Of a DNA stretch of 64,000 nucleotides, positions 63,595 through 64,000 are shown piece by piece. The notes below the pieces were generated by a model, which was not told the DNA's origin, did not search any database, and saw only the letters and a list, made by a program, of their open reading frames with translations. Every line of letters starts with the position of its first letter. Within the stretch, counting starts at the first letter, position 1. The position numbers were made by a program, and so were the translations under genes. The stretch covers positions 7,518 through 71,517 of the forward strand of contig JAVJQW010000027.1 of assembly GCA_040218735.1 (NCBI GenBank), written 5' to 3'. This stretch comes from Deltaproteobacteria bacterium. Its GTDB lineage: Bacteria > Myxococcota > Kuafuiibacteriia > Kuafuiibacteriales > Kuafuiibacteriaceae.

Positions 63595-64000
63595 ATGCGT
63601 CGCGCCGTGCTCGGGACCGCTCTCGTCCTCGCCGCCTGCTCGGGCAACGATCCGCTCATCATCGACGTCGATGCTTCGGTCGACGCCGGCATGTCGCGGG
63701 ACGGCGGCCTCGAAGAAGAGGACGCCGGTGCCCCGCGTGACGCGGGCCCCCCGCGCGACGCGGGCTTCGAGGAAGAGGACGCCGGCACCGTGCGCGACGG
63801 CGGCGTCCCGCGCGACGGCGGCGAACGCGACGGCGGCCCGATGACCTGCGAGGTCTCCGCGACGGACGGGGAGTGCGTCGACGTCCTCACGTGCGGCGCG
63901 GCGGCCTTCCGCGGCGTGTGCTCCGGCGGCCTCCGCAACACGTGTTGCATCGACGTCAAGGACGCTTGCAGCGTCGACGGTGCGCCGGGGGTGTGCATCG
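63595..64000 (+). CDS. Lipoprotein with DAG/RDGG acidic repeats and a Cys-rich region, 3'-partial (runs off window end)
   Basis: Not in the ORF track because there is no stop before the window end. My own translation from ATG 63595 is MRRAVLGTALVLAACSGN...DAGMSRDGGLEEEDAGAPRDAGPPRDAGFEEEDAGTVRDGGVPRDGGERDGG..CEVSATDGECVDVLTCG.. It has high third-position GC. Confidence 0.5.
   Translation, partial: MRRAVLGTALVLAACSGNDPLIIDVDASVDAGMSRDGGLEEEDAGAPRDAGPPRDAGFEEEDAGTVRDGGVPRDGGERDGGPMTCEVSATDGECVDVLTCGAAAFRGVCSGGLRNTCCIDVKDACSVDGAPGVCI

Overview
Very GC-rich (about 70% by eye) bacterial chromosomal segment. The gene content looks like Myxococcota: three Ser/Thr kinases, FHA- and sigma-54-type regulators, ECF sigma factors, and many FG-GAP, Cys-rich and DAG-repeat lipoproteins. 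That taxonomic call is an inference. I support about 55 CDS. All domain calls are made by eye from the supplied translations; no searches were run. I saw no rRNA, tRNA, CRISPR array, transposase, integrase or phage gene. Many of the long ORFs in the track are antisense or out-of-frame shadows typical of high-GC DNA and were discarded. Several true starts are internal to the listed ORFs and were chosen from ATGA/GTGA start-stop overlaps, Shine-Dalgarno-like motifs and signal peptides.

Main candidates for something new:
1. 13027-17646: a six-gene, translationally coupled module. It encodes a ParA-like ATPase, two Roadblock/LC7 proteins, a tandem-V4R protein, a small ORF, and a pseudo-receiver/PATAN/Roadblock protein. 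No small GTPase is present.
2. 1-3077: a VIT-VWA protein with a TPELD-type C-terminal tail, next to an exosortase-CPBP protease fusion.
3. 25616-34885: a sulfur island. It has a persulfide dioxygenase-rhodanese fusion, a sensor-less sigma-54 activator, a Tat-less SoeA-like molybdoenzyme with a fused FeS/NrfD subunit, and split YeeE/YedE genes.
4. 10277-11560: a signal-peptide-less protein with two peptidoglycan-attacking domains (Tlde1-like plus glucosaminidase).
5. 46222-54350: a minus-strand secreted-protein cluster. It includes an 80-triplet collagen-like protein and a 754-aa orphan.
6. 39530-41926: a single-pass protein with a Receptor-L-domain-like ectodomain.
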